Notes: generated from the letters alone by a model not told the origin. Positions 41,046 to 50,006 are shown, counted from the stretch's first letter. The stretch is DNA of 64,000 nucleotides from a virus (IMGVR_UViG_3300020577_004340:1-64000); one strand, 5' to 3'. Made by a program: numbers and translations.

Positions 41046-41198
41046 ATGAAAAATAAAAAAATTGTAAAACGACAAAAAAAATCTCTTGAAGATAAGAAAC
41101 CTATTTTAACCAAAAAAGACTTGAAAATTACTAAACTATTTGATGAAATTGATACTGGCGTATCATATGATGATTTGTTAGAAGAATATGGCTATTAA
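41046..41198 (+). CDS. Small protein (50 aa), basic N-half and acidic C-half, not in ORF track
   Basis: ATG 41046 to TAA 41198. Confidence 0.45.
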   Translation: MKNKKIVKRQKKSLEDKKPILTKKDLKITKLFDEIDTGVSYDDLLEEYGY

Positions 41199-41242
41199 AT
41201 TTGTCAGAGAATTTATATTTATTAATATAATATAGGATTACA

Positions 41243-41497
41243 ATGAGCGTATTTAACGAAGAATATATTCAGGAAATCGTTGAGGTAACTGTTCCATTCC
41301 CATTTATATCAACCAACGAAGTTGGGGAAACGACGGCAATCACAATGGTTAACGACATTCAAGGCGAAGATATCAATGGTATGCCAATGATATTAGAATT
41401 AGAAACGGAAACTGAATATAGTTCAACATATGCTACATATCAATTAGTATCCTCGACGAAAGAATTTAAAAATAATAACGTAGTACAGGAAAATTAA
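41243..41497 (+). CDS. Small acidic hypothetical protein
   Basis: Complete ORF after TATTTAT and AGGA. Confidence 0.5.
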   Translation: MSVFNEEYIQEIVEVTVPFPFISTNEVGETTAITMVNDIQGEDINGMPMILELETETEYSSTYATYQLVSSTKEFKNNNVVQEN

Positions 41498-41498
41498 A

Positions 41499-41690
41499 AT
41501 GATAAAAGTATATATCCCACTAGCAGAAGTGAATCAAGTTATCCGTAGTGATAGTTATATTCCAACTGCCGTATATCTAGTAAACGATAAACCACAATAT
41601 ACAGAATTAGTTGAAATGACAATTCCATATAATAAATGGGAGAGTTGGTCAAAAAATATTCAAAATAAAAGAATGAAATTATGGGATTAG
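41499..41690 (+). CDS. Hypothetical protein
   Basis: Complete ORF in tight packing. Confidence 0.45.
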   Translation: MIKVYIPLAEVNQVIRSDSYIPTAVYLVNDKPQYTELVEMTIPYNKWESWSKNIQNKRMKLWD

Positions 41691-41893
41691 AACCAGGTAA
41701 TTTAATATTAATATCATTAAACAATCTATGTGACAAAATCAAACAGAAAATATTATCAGCCGATAATAGAAATACTGGTATAATAGAATATATAGATTAT
41801 AATACTAATTTAGTTGATGTTAAAATTAATAGACCGACAACAACTTTACCAATTATTGTAGAGGTTCCACTAGATAATATCATTCCTATTTAA
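41681..41893 (+). CDS. Small SH3/KOW-like hypothetical protein
   Basis: LEPGNLI...TGIIEYID...VDVKI pattern. Confidence 0.4.
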   Translation: MGLEPGNLILISLNNLCDKIKQKILSADNRNTGIIEYIDYNTNLVDVKINRPTTTLPIIVEVPLDNIIPI

Positions 41894-41995
41894 AATTAAG
41901 TATTTATAGTGAATGAGTACCTGTAATACAATAACTTTTTATAATAAATAATATACTTAACTATTAATAAAATTACGTTAGAACTAAAATAAAAT

Positions 41996-42646
41996 ATGGA
42001 ACGAAATCTTCAGTTATTGGAATATGATAATATTCAAATACGTCACCCATTGACGAAAAAAATGGTTACATTATACAGAATAATTGCATTATATACATTT
42101 AAAATTAATGATTTTCACATTGAGAAACATCAGATAGGCGGTTATGTTCAATCCATTGATAATATCGATATGAATACGTTGAATTGGGTTGATGGTAAAT
42201 CAAAAATCTTTGATTCGGCTGTAATAAAGAATGGTACTGTCACTTTACATAATTCACTGGTATTTGGAAATGCGATTGTGAGTGATTCGGTTGTTGCAAA
42301 TTATGCTAGAGTATATGGTAATACAGTAGTTGAATCGACTTTAGTAAATGATTTATCGGAAATTAGAGGTAATGCAAAAGTAACGAATTCTACATTGTAT
42401 AATTCAACACTTATATTCGAAGATGCTGTGGTATCAAATACGGAATTGCATACTGGCTCCAATATTAGGGGTAAAACGAATGTAACAGATTCTTTTTTAT
42501 ATGATACTGCCGAAATTAGCGGAACAGCTATTTGTGTTGGATGTAAATTAACGGGTGCTGCATTATTTAAAGAGGGTGAACATATTAATGAATTGCAAGA
42601 CAGAACATCTAATTTGCGATTTATAGACCCAGTAAATAAAGAGTAA
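41996..42646 (+). CDS. Left-handed beta-helix repeat protein
   Basis: LYRIIAL, GGYVQS, WV, then VFGNAIV/ARVYGNTVV/IRGNAKV repeats. Confidence 0.75.
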   Translation: MERNLQLLEYDNIQIRHPLTKKMVTLYRIIALYTFKINDFHIEKHQIGGYVQSIDNIDMNTLNWVDGKSKIFDSAVIKNGTVTLHNSLVFGNAIVSDSVVANYARVYGNTVVESTLVNDLSEIRGNAKVTNSTLYNSTLIFEDAVVSNTELHTGSNIRGKTNVTDSFLYDTAEISGTAICVGCKLTGAALFKEGEHINELQDRTSNLRFIDPVNKE

Positions 42647-43140
42647 TGAGTTATTCATTATTCAAGACAGAAATAATGGCATTAACTGGAATGCAACATG
42701 TTTCCAGAATCCAATTTGCCCAGACTGTTGGAAATGCTTATAATAATTTAGTGTTACGATGTTTCGAAACATTATCTGGCGGTGGGCAATTTCTGGCAGC
42801 TGCTGGTGGTGTAGGAGCTTTAATTAATGGAATACATTCAATTACCGAACAAAATCTACAACAGCACAATAACATTGATTTTTTTAATCAAATAGCTCCA
42901 TTTATATACACATATTGGGCAGGTCAACCATGTATTGGTCCATTAGGCGTGGTTACAGTTACGTCGCCAGGTACATTTCAAGGTCCAATAGTTCCACAAA
43001 ATTTCGATGCTACTATTTTTATAAATATTTTTCAAGGGGTAGTGGCCACCCATTTACTAACCTTACAAGGAACATATTTAAATTCAATAACAGGCGTTAC
43101 TACTCCATGGAGTGGGGCGACATTGATGACAACTCCATAG
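42646..43140 (+). CDS. Hypothetical protein (possible virion component)
   Basis: Complete ORF, TAATG-coupled to the previous gene. Confidence 0.5.
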   Translation: MSYSLFKTEIMALTGMQHVSRIQFAQTVGNAYNNLVLRCFETLSGGGQFLAAAGGVGALINGIHSITEQNLQQHNNIDFFNQIAPFIYTYWAGQPCIGPLGVVTVTSPGTFQGPIVPQNFDATIFINIFQGVVATHLLTLQGTYLNSITGVTTPWSGATLMTTP

Positions 43141-43143
43141 ATT

Positions 43144-43338
43144 ATGACTAAACCAACATTTCCGGAAAACAGTCCATTTTCATATGATGTATTGACGACA
43201 TATTCAATAAAGAAGTTGAAAAGAATGCAGGAAGATGAGAAAAAATCATCGGGTACATTCGTATGGTATATGTATCCATGTAATATTAAGAAATTATTGG
43301 AATATATTATTTGGGAAAAAACTGAAAATATTCAATAA
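43144..43338 (+). CDS. Hypothetical protein
   Basis: Complete ORF. Confidence 0.4.
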   Translation: MTKPTFPENSPFSYDVLTTYSIKKLKRMQEDEKKSSGTFVWYMYPCNIKKLLEYIIWEKTENIQ

Positions 43339-43342
43339 AAAA

Positions 43343-43374
43343 TTTGGAATGTTATTAAAGTGTACTTAACTTTG
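43343..43374 (+). promoter_or_regulatory. Bacteroidota-type primary-sigma promoter
   Basis: TTTG (43343) - 20 nt - TAACTTTG (43367). Confidence 0.78.
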
Positions 43375-43399
43375 TTGAAAATTATTAAAAACAATTATT

Positions 43400-43948
43400 A
43401 TGAAGACAATTAATATTATTTTTGTTTTATTATTATCCAATGTTATAATTGGACAGACAATGAGAGTAACATATTTCAGAGCTAAAGAAGTTAATAATAC
43501 CATTAATTTATACTGGAAGACATTTGTTGAAGATGGTACTGATACATTCAAGATTTATAAATCAATTAATTCGGGGGAATGTGATTATTCCGAGGATAAT
43601 TGGGAATTGATAACTAAAATATCCAATACCAACACTAAAGATGGGGATTATTATAATATTAGTACTACAAGAATTGTTGGTAAACAATATTATAGGTTAG
43701 TTTGGGGGCAATATAAAACTAAATTATATTCATACACAAATCTTAAAGACACGAATGAAATTCCTTTAGTGTATTGTTATGATAACGTTATACATGTACC
43801 CAACATAGACCGTATATTTAATGTATATAATGTAAATAATCAATTGGTGTTGACTAATGTTCAAGACGGGCAATCAATAGAAAATTTGCCAAGTGGTATA
43901 TATATTATTACAGACGATAACAATAGTTATAAAATTATTAAGAGGTAA
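43400..43948 (+). CDS. Exported protein with T9SS type-A C-terminal sorting domain
   Basis: Sec signal ..VIIGQ; F-x-A...LYWKT..E..F-x-I-x-x-S...YYRL Ig-like module; VYNVNNQLV...SIENLPSGIYII...KIIKR CTD. Confidence 0.7.
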   Translation: MKTINIIFVLLLSNVIIGQTMRVTYFRAKEVNNTINLYWKTFVEDGTDTFKIYKSINSGECDYSEDNWELITKISNTNTKDGDYYNISTTRIVGKQYYRLVWGQYKTKLYSYTNLKDTNEIPLVYCYDNVIHVPNIDRIFNVYNVNNQLVLTNVQDGQSIENLPSGIYIITDDNNSYKIIKR

Positions 43949-43949
43949 T

Positions 43950-44681
43950 ATGCCAAAAGTAGATTATGCAGAGTATAAAACGATAAAAGATAAAGTAGTT
44001 GCTAAGGTTACTAAGCAAGGAGCATCTGCATTTACAAAATTAGCCAAACAATATGAAGAATTAGATAAAGAATTATCTATACTTGAGGCAAAAAAGAGAG
44101 AATTAAACGAATTCCAAAATTCAGTTAAGGACAAAGAATCGTCTTTAAAATCTCAAATTCGGGAAAAAATTCAATCGGTTTTCGATGAATCTGAACAAGC
44201 AATGACATTGACTGTTGAATGTTTAGGTTCGGCATTCACGTTATCCAAAGAAACTGAAAATAATAGAGAAAAGGTGATTACAAAATCAGGAGAAATAATT
44301 TCAACTGATTATCAAAAGGTAATTAATCTACTTCTTGAACAAACTCCCGAACTTAAATCGACGATTGATTTGTTGATTAAGAAAGCAAGTGTTATAGCTG
44401 AAAATGATATAACAAAGGCAGGAACAGCACGTGGAGTTAGAATTAGTGCAATTGAATCTATTGTGACTGAAGGTATATGGGATAAAATTACATCAATAGC
44501 GAATAAAATTAGTTCTAAATTAATGGGATTATTTTCAGCATTGACAAATAGACAGAAAAAAATTAATATATTATTGGGTAATCTTAAAGAATCAAAGAAC
44601 GAAAAACCAATTATGTTAAATAAACGTGAGAAAGAATTAGTAAAAGAATATGCTAGAAAAATAATAGAAAAACGTAAATAA
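43950..44681 (+). CDS. Coiled-coil protein with a C-terminal copy of the KELVKEYA motif
   Basis: ATG 43950 after AGAGGT; ends ...LKES..MLNKREKELVKEYARKIIEKRK. Confidence 0.65.
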   Translation: MPKVDYAEYKTIKDKVVAKVTKQGASAFTKLAKQYEELDKELSILEAKKRELNEFQNSVKDKESSLKSQIREKIQSVFDESEQAMTLTVECLGSAFTLSKETENNREKVITKSGEIISTDYQKVINLLLEQTPELKSTIDLLIKKASVIAENDITKAGTARGVRISAIESIVTEGIWDKITSIANKISSKLMGLFSALTNRQKKINILLGNLKESKNEKPIMLNKREKELVKEYARKIIEKRK

Positions 44682-44687
44682 AAATTC

Positions 44688-44945
44688 ATGAAAATAACAA
44701 ATCTCTTAACAATAGCTATTTTCGTTTCGTGTAGCTATTTAATTTTAAACCAATTTGGTTGTACCCCTGGAAATTGTGGATGTGATGAAAAGAAAGAGGT
44801 AATCACAAAAGCAGAAATAGACACAATACCTAATACTGTTGACACAGTAGTAGACAATGTTTCAGAAATTAATGATACTTTAATTGTATCAAAAAAATTA
44901 AAACATTTAAAAATGAAAATTGTTATACCTTACAGATACCAATAA
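44688..44945 (+). CDS. Small membrane/lipoprotein-like protein
   Basis: Hydrophobic N-terminus with Cys; DTI/DTV/DTL sequons. Confidence 0.5.
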   Translation: MKITNLLTIAIFVSCSYLILNQFGCTPGNCGCDEKKEVITKAEIDTIPNTVDTVVDNVSEINDTLIVSKKLKHLKMKIVIPYRYQ

Positions 44946-44954
44946 AGGAGTTGA

Positions 44955-45587
44955 ATGGCGAAATATAAAGTGCCAAAAGTTACCATTCCATTATGTGTTG
45001 AGCAAATAGCTGCAAAAGAATTAGTTATTACTAAACCAGTAAGCTTTTTAACTGGTAAACCTGGAACAGGTAAAACATGGCTAGCATGCCATATTGCATT
45101 ATCTTTACTAAATGTAGATAAAGATAAAATTATAATTACCAGACCAACTGTTGGTACTGAAGATAATGGGTTCATTCCAGGGGATATTAATGAAAAATTA
45201 GACCCATGGATGGTACCAATTAGAGATAATATTCGGAAATTAGTTGGAACTGAAACCTTACAAAAATTGGAATCGGATTTAAAACTTCAATTAGTATCAC
45301 TCCAACATTTCAGGGGTAGAACATTTGAAAATTCAGTTTGTATAGTAGATGAATTTCAGAATTTAAAGTGTAAACAATTGGCTATGGTGATTGGGCGTTT
45401 GGGAGTAAATTCAATGATGATATTATGTGGAGATGGTCGCCAGATCGATGTAGCTGGAGGATTATCAAAATCAGCATTTTCTAAAATGGAATTGTTAAGA
45501 CAATCAAAACATGTTAATATAATTGATTTACAAGAAAATCACAGACTGCCAGAATTGTTTGAAATATTGGAATTGTTAGATGAGTAA
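44955..45587 (+). CDS. phoH: PhoH-family ATPase
   Basis: GKPGTGKT, ITRP, GFIPGDINEKLDPW, RGRTF, DEFQN, GRLG, GDxxQID. Confidence 0.95.
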   Translation: MAKYKVPKVTIPLCVEQIAAKELVITKPVSFLTGKPGTGKTWLACHIALSLLNVDKDKIIITRPTVGTEDNGFIPGDINEKLDPWMVPIRDNIRKLVGTETLQKLESDLKLQLVSLQHFRGRTFENSVCIVDEFQNLKCKQLAMVIGRLGVNSMMILCGDGRQIDVAGGLSKSAFSKMELLRQSKHVNIIDLQENHRLPELFEILELLDE

Positions 45588-46416
45588 TAAAATTCCATTT
45601 TCGCGAACACCAATTGCAGAGCCTAAAGATAGCAATAGAGCAATGGATATTAGACGGGATACCGATATATTCAACATCCCGTCTATTACTATCTATGATA
45701 TTGACTTCGCTGTATTATGGCACTTACAAAATAAAATTAGACCACAAATAACTGACAACGGTAGAATAATTGATGTTCCAATCATAATGGATAATGGAGA
45801 AAAATGGTCACAGATACAAGATTTTGGATTTCTCCGTGATAAAGATGGGAAGGTTCAATCACCATTAATTACATTAAGACGTACTACTTTTATAGCAGAC
45901 GACCGTATTCCAAAATTAGATTTACCTAATATATCATCTACAAACGATGCAGGTGATATTAACTCCAACAATGTATTAATCTATACGAGTAATAGACAAA
46001 AGAATAATCAATATGATTTTTTAAATGAATTACAAAACACGAAAAAGTCAATTGAATATTATGTTACAGTACTTCCAGAATATGTTAGAGTATCATATGA
46101 ATTGATGATATGGACTGATATGGTTGAACAATGTAATAAAATTATTGAATTAATTTGGCCACAATCTAGATGTCCATGGGGAGATTCATTGACATTCACA
46201 ACATATGTATTAGACCCAACATTTGAAGTGGTTAATACACTAGGTGAAGATAGATTGGTACGGTGTACAGTTGGTTTAGAAACGGCTGGACAGATACAGC
46301 AACAATATGAATTAAGACAATCAAACATTCGAAAAGCATATTCCAATAAAAGAATTGTGTTTCAAAATGACCGTTCTCAATATGACTTGAATGTCGACCA
46401 AGAATTTCCAATTTAA
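45580..46416 (+). CDS. Tail terminator/sheath stabiliser (gp15-like)
   Basis: IDVPII, PLITLRR, PEYVRVSYELMIWT; immediately upstream of the sheath gene. Confidence 0.65.
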   Translation: MSNKIPFSRTPIAEPKDSNRAMDIRRDTDIFNIPSITIYDIDFAVLWHLQNKIRPQITDNGRIIDVPIIMDNGEKWSQIQDFGFLRDKDGKVQSPLITLRRTTFIADDRIPKLDLPNISSTNDAGDINSNNVLIYTSNRQKNNQYDFLNELQNTKKSIEYYVTVLPEYVRVSYELMIWTDMVEQCNKIIELIWPQSRCPWGDSLTFTTYVLDPTFEVVNTLGEDRLVRCTVGLETAGQIQQQYELRQSNIRKAYSNKRIVFQNDRSQYDLNVDQEFPI

Positions 46417-46432
46417 TATCTAAAAAATGTAC

Positions 46433-46464
46433 GTTTAGAAAAAACCTTTTATATTTATATAAAC
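46433..46464 (+). promoter_or_regulatory. Putative phage late promoter
   Basis: GTTTAGAAAAAACCTTTTATATTTATATAAAC, matching 36406-36437. Confidence 0.6.
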
Positions 46465-46491
46465 AGTATAATTAATTAAAGGTTTTAAACA

Positions 46492-48315
46492 ATGGGAAAA
46501 AGTACATTTTTATCAGCTGGTGTTTATACAAGGGAATTTGATTTATCATTTTTACCAGCAGACACACCAGCAGTAGGTGCCGCAGTAATAGGCCCAACAG
46601 CAAGAGGTCCAGCGATGGTACCGACTACCATATCAACATATTCAGAATATCTTAGATGGTTTGGTGATGTATTTAGTTCAGGTTCAGGAGCAAACGAACA
46701 GGAATATAAATATTTAACTTCATATTCAATTCAAGAATATTTACGTTGGGGAGAAACAGCTACCGTAGTTAGAATATTAGCAGGTAATTATCAACCAGCG
46801 TATAGCAATGTAATATCTTCAGCATCATTAGCTGCAAATTTACATGCAACCACAGACATGGCATTTACTTTGTATGCTTTAACTGATGGTGAAATTACTA
46901 ATTCAGGCCAGAATTCAGCTGCAATAAGTGGGTCTGGAATTTCTGGTGATGAAACAATTTCAGGGTCATTGGCATCTGGATCAAAATATAATATTAGATG
47001 GGAAGTAGCTAATATTGATAACAATCGTGGAACATTTGATGTATATATCAGACGTGGAGATGATTCCAGTAATAGAAAAATTATATTAGAATCATTTGTA
47101 GGTGTATCTTTAGATCCAAATACATCCAACTATATTGGAAAGGTAATAGGCGACCAGACTTACGCATTAAGATATGATTCATCTGGAGAACCTTATTTAC
47201 AGCCAAGTGGTTCGAATTTAAACCGTTCTAGATTTGTTAGATGTCAAGTTAATAAGAAGACTTTAAATTATTTGAACAATGATGGTGGTATAAGAGATGC
47301 ATCACTTTCAGGTTCGTTGCCAATAGCATGTTCTGGAACATTTGGTGCTGGAAATGATGGAAACGTGGCTCATCCAAGAGCAATGTACACTGATATCTGG
47401 AATTTAAATACACAAGGGTTTAACCTAGCATCGTCTTCATATGGACAAACAGCATACGAAGATGCAATAGACATATTATCAAATAAAGACCAATACGATT
47501 TTGACTTATTAGTGACACCAGGTTTAATTGACAACTTAGAAGACCATGCTAAAGTTATCACGAAAGCAATTAACATGGTTGAAGATAGAGGCGATTGTTT
47601 CTATATAATTGACCCTACATACTTTGGTTCAACTGTTGGTCAAGCTAGAATGGCATCAGAGGCAAGAAACACTAATTATGCATCATATTACTATCCATGG
47701 GTTCAAGTTGCAGACGCTGATTTAGGCGGACCAAAATGGGTTCCACCATCTGCAATGTTACCAGGCGTAATCGCATTTAATGATTATGCATCAGAGAAAT
47801 GGTATGCTCCAGCTGGATTAAATCGTGGTGGATTGGATACTGTATTGCAAACTGAAAGGTTTATGACACAAAATGATAGAGATAATTTATATCAAAAATC
47901 AATCAATCCAATTGCAACGTTCCCTAGAGAAGGTGTAGTTGTTTGGGGGCAAAAAACATTACAGAAGAAAAGAAGTGCCTTAGACCGTGTTAATGTTAGA
48001 CGATTGTTAATCGCTGCAAAAAGGCATGTTACTATAATTGGGCGACAAATTGTATTTGAGCAAAATACGAGAGAAACAAGAACAAAATTCCTTAATCTAG
48101 TAAGACCTTGGTTTGAAAATTGTCGAAGAAAACAAGGATTGTATGATTTCAGAATCATCGTTGACGAAAGAAACAATACGGCGGATGTAGTTGATAGAAA
48201 TGAAATGAGATGTCAAATATTTTTAAAGCCAGCAAAAACAGCAGAATTTATAATTACAGACTTTAACATTCTACCAACTGGTGCAGCTTTCCCAATTGAT
48301 AATGATGTGAAATAA
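46492..48315 (+). CDS. Tail sheath protein (gp18-like)
   Basis: SAGVYTREFD, YYPW, WYAPAGLNRG, INPI, WGQKTL, RVNVRRL, PAKTAEFI. Confidence 0.97.
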   Translation: MGKSTFLSAGVYTREFDLSFLPADTPAVGAAVIGPTARGPAMVPTTISTYSEYLRWFGDVFSSGSGANEQEYKYLTSYSIQEYLRWGETATVVRILAGNYQPAYSNVISSASLAANLHATTDMAFTLYALTDGEITNSGQNSAAISGSGISGDETISGSLASGSKYNIRWEVANIDNNRGTFDVYIRRGDDSSNRKIILESFVGVSLDPNTSNYIGKVIGDQTYALRYDSSGEPYLQPSGSNLNRSRFVRCQVNKKTLNYLNNDGGIRDASLSGSLPIACSGTFGAGNDGNVAHPRAMYTDIWNLNTQGFNLASSSYGQTAYEDAIDILSNKDQYDFDLLVTPGLIDNLEDHAKVITKAINMVEDRGDCFYIIDPTYFGSTVGQARMASEARNTNYASYYYPWVQVADADLGGPKWVPPSAMLPGVIAFNDYASEKWYAPAGLNRGGLDTVLQTERFMTQNDRDNLYQKSINPIATFPREGVVVWGQKTLQKKRSALDRVNVRRLLIAAKRHVTIIGRQIVFEQNTRETRTKFLNLVRPWFENCRRKQGLYDFRIIVDERNNTADVVDRNEMRCQIFLKPAKTAEFIITDFNILPTGAAFPIDNDVK

Positions 48316-48356
48316 AAAATCTGGATTAATTAATATTTATAGTAAAAAGGAATAAA

Positions 48357-48818
48357 ATGATATTTACACCATTTGAACCGAAAGTTGCTTTTAGGTTCTT
48401 GTTATCAATAGATGGAATACCAGCATATTTGATGAAAGCATCTAGTATGCCTAATCTAGACAATGGGGAAATAGTAATTGATTATATAAATACAGATTTT
48501 AAAGTTAAAGGAAAATCTAGATGGCAAGATATAACAGTTACCTTATATGACCCAGTCGACCCGTCAGGTGCAACAGCAGTTCACGATTGGATTAAAATAC
48601 ACCACGATTCAGAAAGTGGGGAAGACGGTTTTGCTTTTGATGAATATAAGAAAGATATTACGATTGAAGCCCTCGACCCTCATGGTTCACCAGTTGAAAC
48701 GTGGGATATAAAGGGAGCATTTATCGGGGCATCGAATTGGGGTGACATGGATTGGAGTACTGATGAAGCCAAGACTATCGAACTAACAATTAAATACGAT
48801 TATGCCGTATTATCATAA
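48357..48818 (+). CDS. Tail tube protein (gp19-like)
   Basis: FEPK..RF, WQDITVTLYD, YKKDI, W-x-IKGAF, ELTIKYDYA. Confidence 0.93.
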   Translation: MIFTPFEPKVAFRFLLSIDGIPAYLMKASSMPNLDNGEIVIDYINTDFKVKGKSRWQDITVTLYDPVDPSGATAVHDWIKIHHDSESGEDGFAFDEYKKDITIEALDPHGSPVETWDIKGAFIGASNWGDMDWSTDEAKTIELTIKYDYAVLS

Positions 48819-48841
48819 TAATTAAAAAAAGAGAAAAAATT

Positions 48842-49096
48842 ATGTCAGAAGGTTTAAAATCATTAATTAGACATGCGCTTACCTTGTTAGGTGGATTATT
48901 GACAGTTTTAGGACTTGGTAAATATTCCGGTGCATTGACTTATTTATTGGACAATTTAGATGTCCTTTGGGCATCCATCGCAGCAATAGTAGGTATCGTT
49001 ACCATGTTATATGGCTATTTTAAAGATACTACTAGATTCGCAGTTAGAACTGAAGCTGCCGCTATTAACGAAGTTAGTTCCAGTAATAGTAAGTAA
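48842..49096 (+). CDS. Small two-TM membrane protein (holin-like)
   Basis: LIRHALTLLGGLL, two hydrophobic helices. Confidence 0.55.
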   Translation: MSEGLKSLIRHALTLLGGLLTVLGLGKYSGALTYLLDNLDVLWASIAAIVGIVTMLYGYFKDTTRFAVRTEAAAINEVSSSNSK

Positions 49097-49117
49097 TTTG
49101 TATTAACATGAAGAATG

Positions 49118-49152
49118 AAAGCTCTATCAAAAAGTTGGTAGGGCTTTTTTTT
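49118..49152 (+). terminator. Rho-independent terminator
   Basis: aaagctctatcaa-aaag-ttggtagggcttt followed by a T-run. Confidence 0.85.
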
Positions 49153-49205
49153 GTCGTTTCTATATATTTATATATGAATACAAATTTTAAAATAAAATTA
49201 TTGAT

Positions 49206-50006
49206 ATGGAATCTAAACTTATTAAAGACAGACAAACACCGGGTGAATATAAATACCCGACGGAATTAGTTAATTTACCATCAAAGGGGTTATTATATCC
49301 AGATGGTCATCCTCTACGTGATGGAGTCATTGAAGTAAAATACATGACAACAAAGGAGGAAGATATATTGTCAACACAATCATACATTAAAAATGGAGTG
49401 GTGTTAGATAAATTATTTGAGTCGCTTATTGTTACTAAATGTAATTACTCGGATTTATTGATTGGTGACAAAAATGCAGTTATGTTGGCAGCTAGAATTT
49501 ATGGGTATGGCCCAGAATATAACACAACTGTTATGTCAACGATTAGCAATAAACCAATTCCAATTACCATTAATTTAATGGAGGTGCCTCACAAAGAGTT
49601 AGACGAAACTCTTATAACACCAGGAATAAATAAATTTACATTTGTTACACCACGTGGTAAAAATGTATTGGAATTTAAATGTTTAACTGTTAAAGACCAG
49701 AAATATATTGAAACTACTTCAAATGAAGTTAAGAAGAAATTAGGTGTTAATAGAGCAGACGCAACATTTACAAATACTTTAAAAAGAATGATTGTAAGTG
49801 TTGATGGTGAAACTGACGAAGGCGTGATTTCAAATTATGTTAATAATATGTTGGCAATTGATTCGAGAGCATTTAGAGAATACTTCGGAAAAATTCAACC
49901 CGATATTAATTTAGAAGTGGAAGTGGAGGACCCAGATTCCGGAGAAACCTTTCGTGGTAACTTCGAAATTGGAATGGATTTCTTCTGGCCAGATTACAAA
50001 GGGTAA
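49206..50006 (+). CDS. T4 gp26-like baseplate hub/tail assembly chaperone
   Basis: LPSKGLLYP, MTTKEEDIL, LLIGDKNAV..AARI.GYG, DFFWP; lies between tube and tape measure genes. Confidence 0.8.
   Translation: MESKLIKDRQTPGEYKYPTELVNLPSKGLLYPDGHPLRDGVIEVKYMTTKEEDILSTQSYIKNGVVLDKLFESLIVTKCNYSDLLIGDKNAVMLAARIYGYGPEYNTTVMSTISNKPIPITINLMEVPHKELDETLITPGINKFTFVTPRGKNVLEFKCLTVKDQKYIETTSNEVKKKLGVNRADATFTNTLKRMIVSVDGETDEGVISNYVNNMLAIDSRAFREYFGKIQPDINLEVEVEDPDSGETFRGNFEIGMDFFWPDYKG

Noticed and set aside
42915-43151. Alternative-frame plus-strand ORFs (also 56787-56984)
   Set aside because: Nested in better-supported genes and without distinguishing features.
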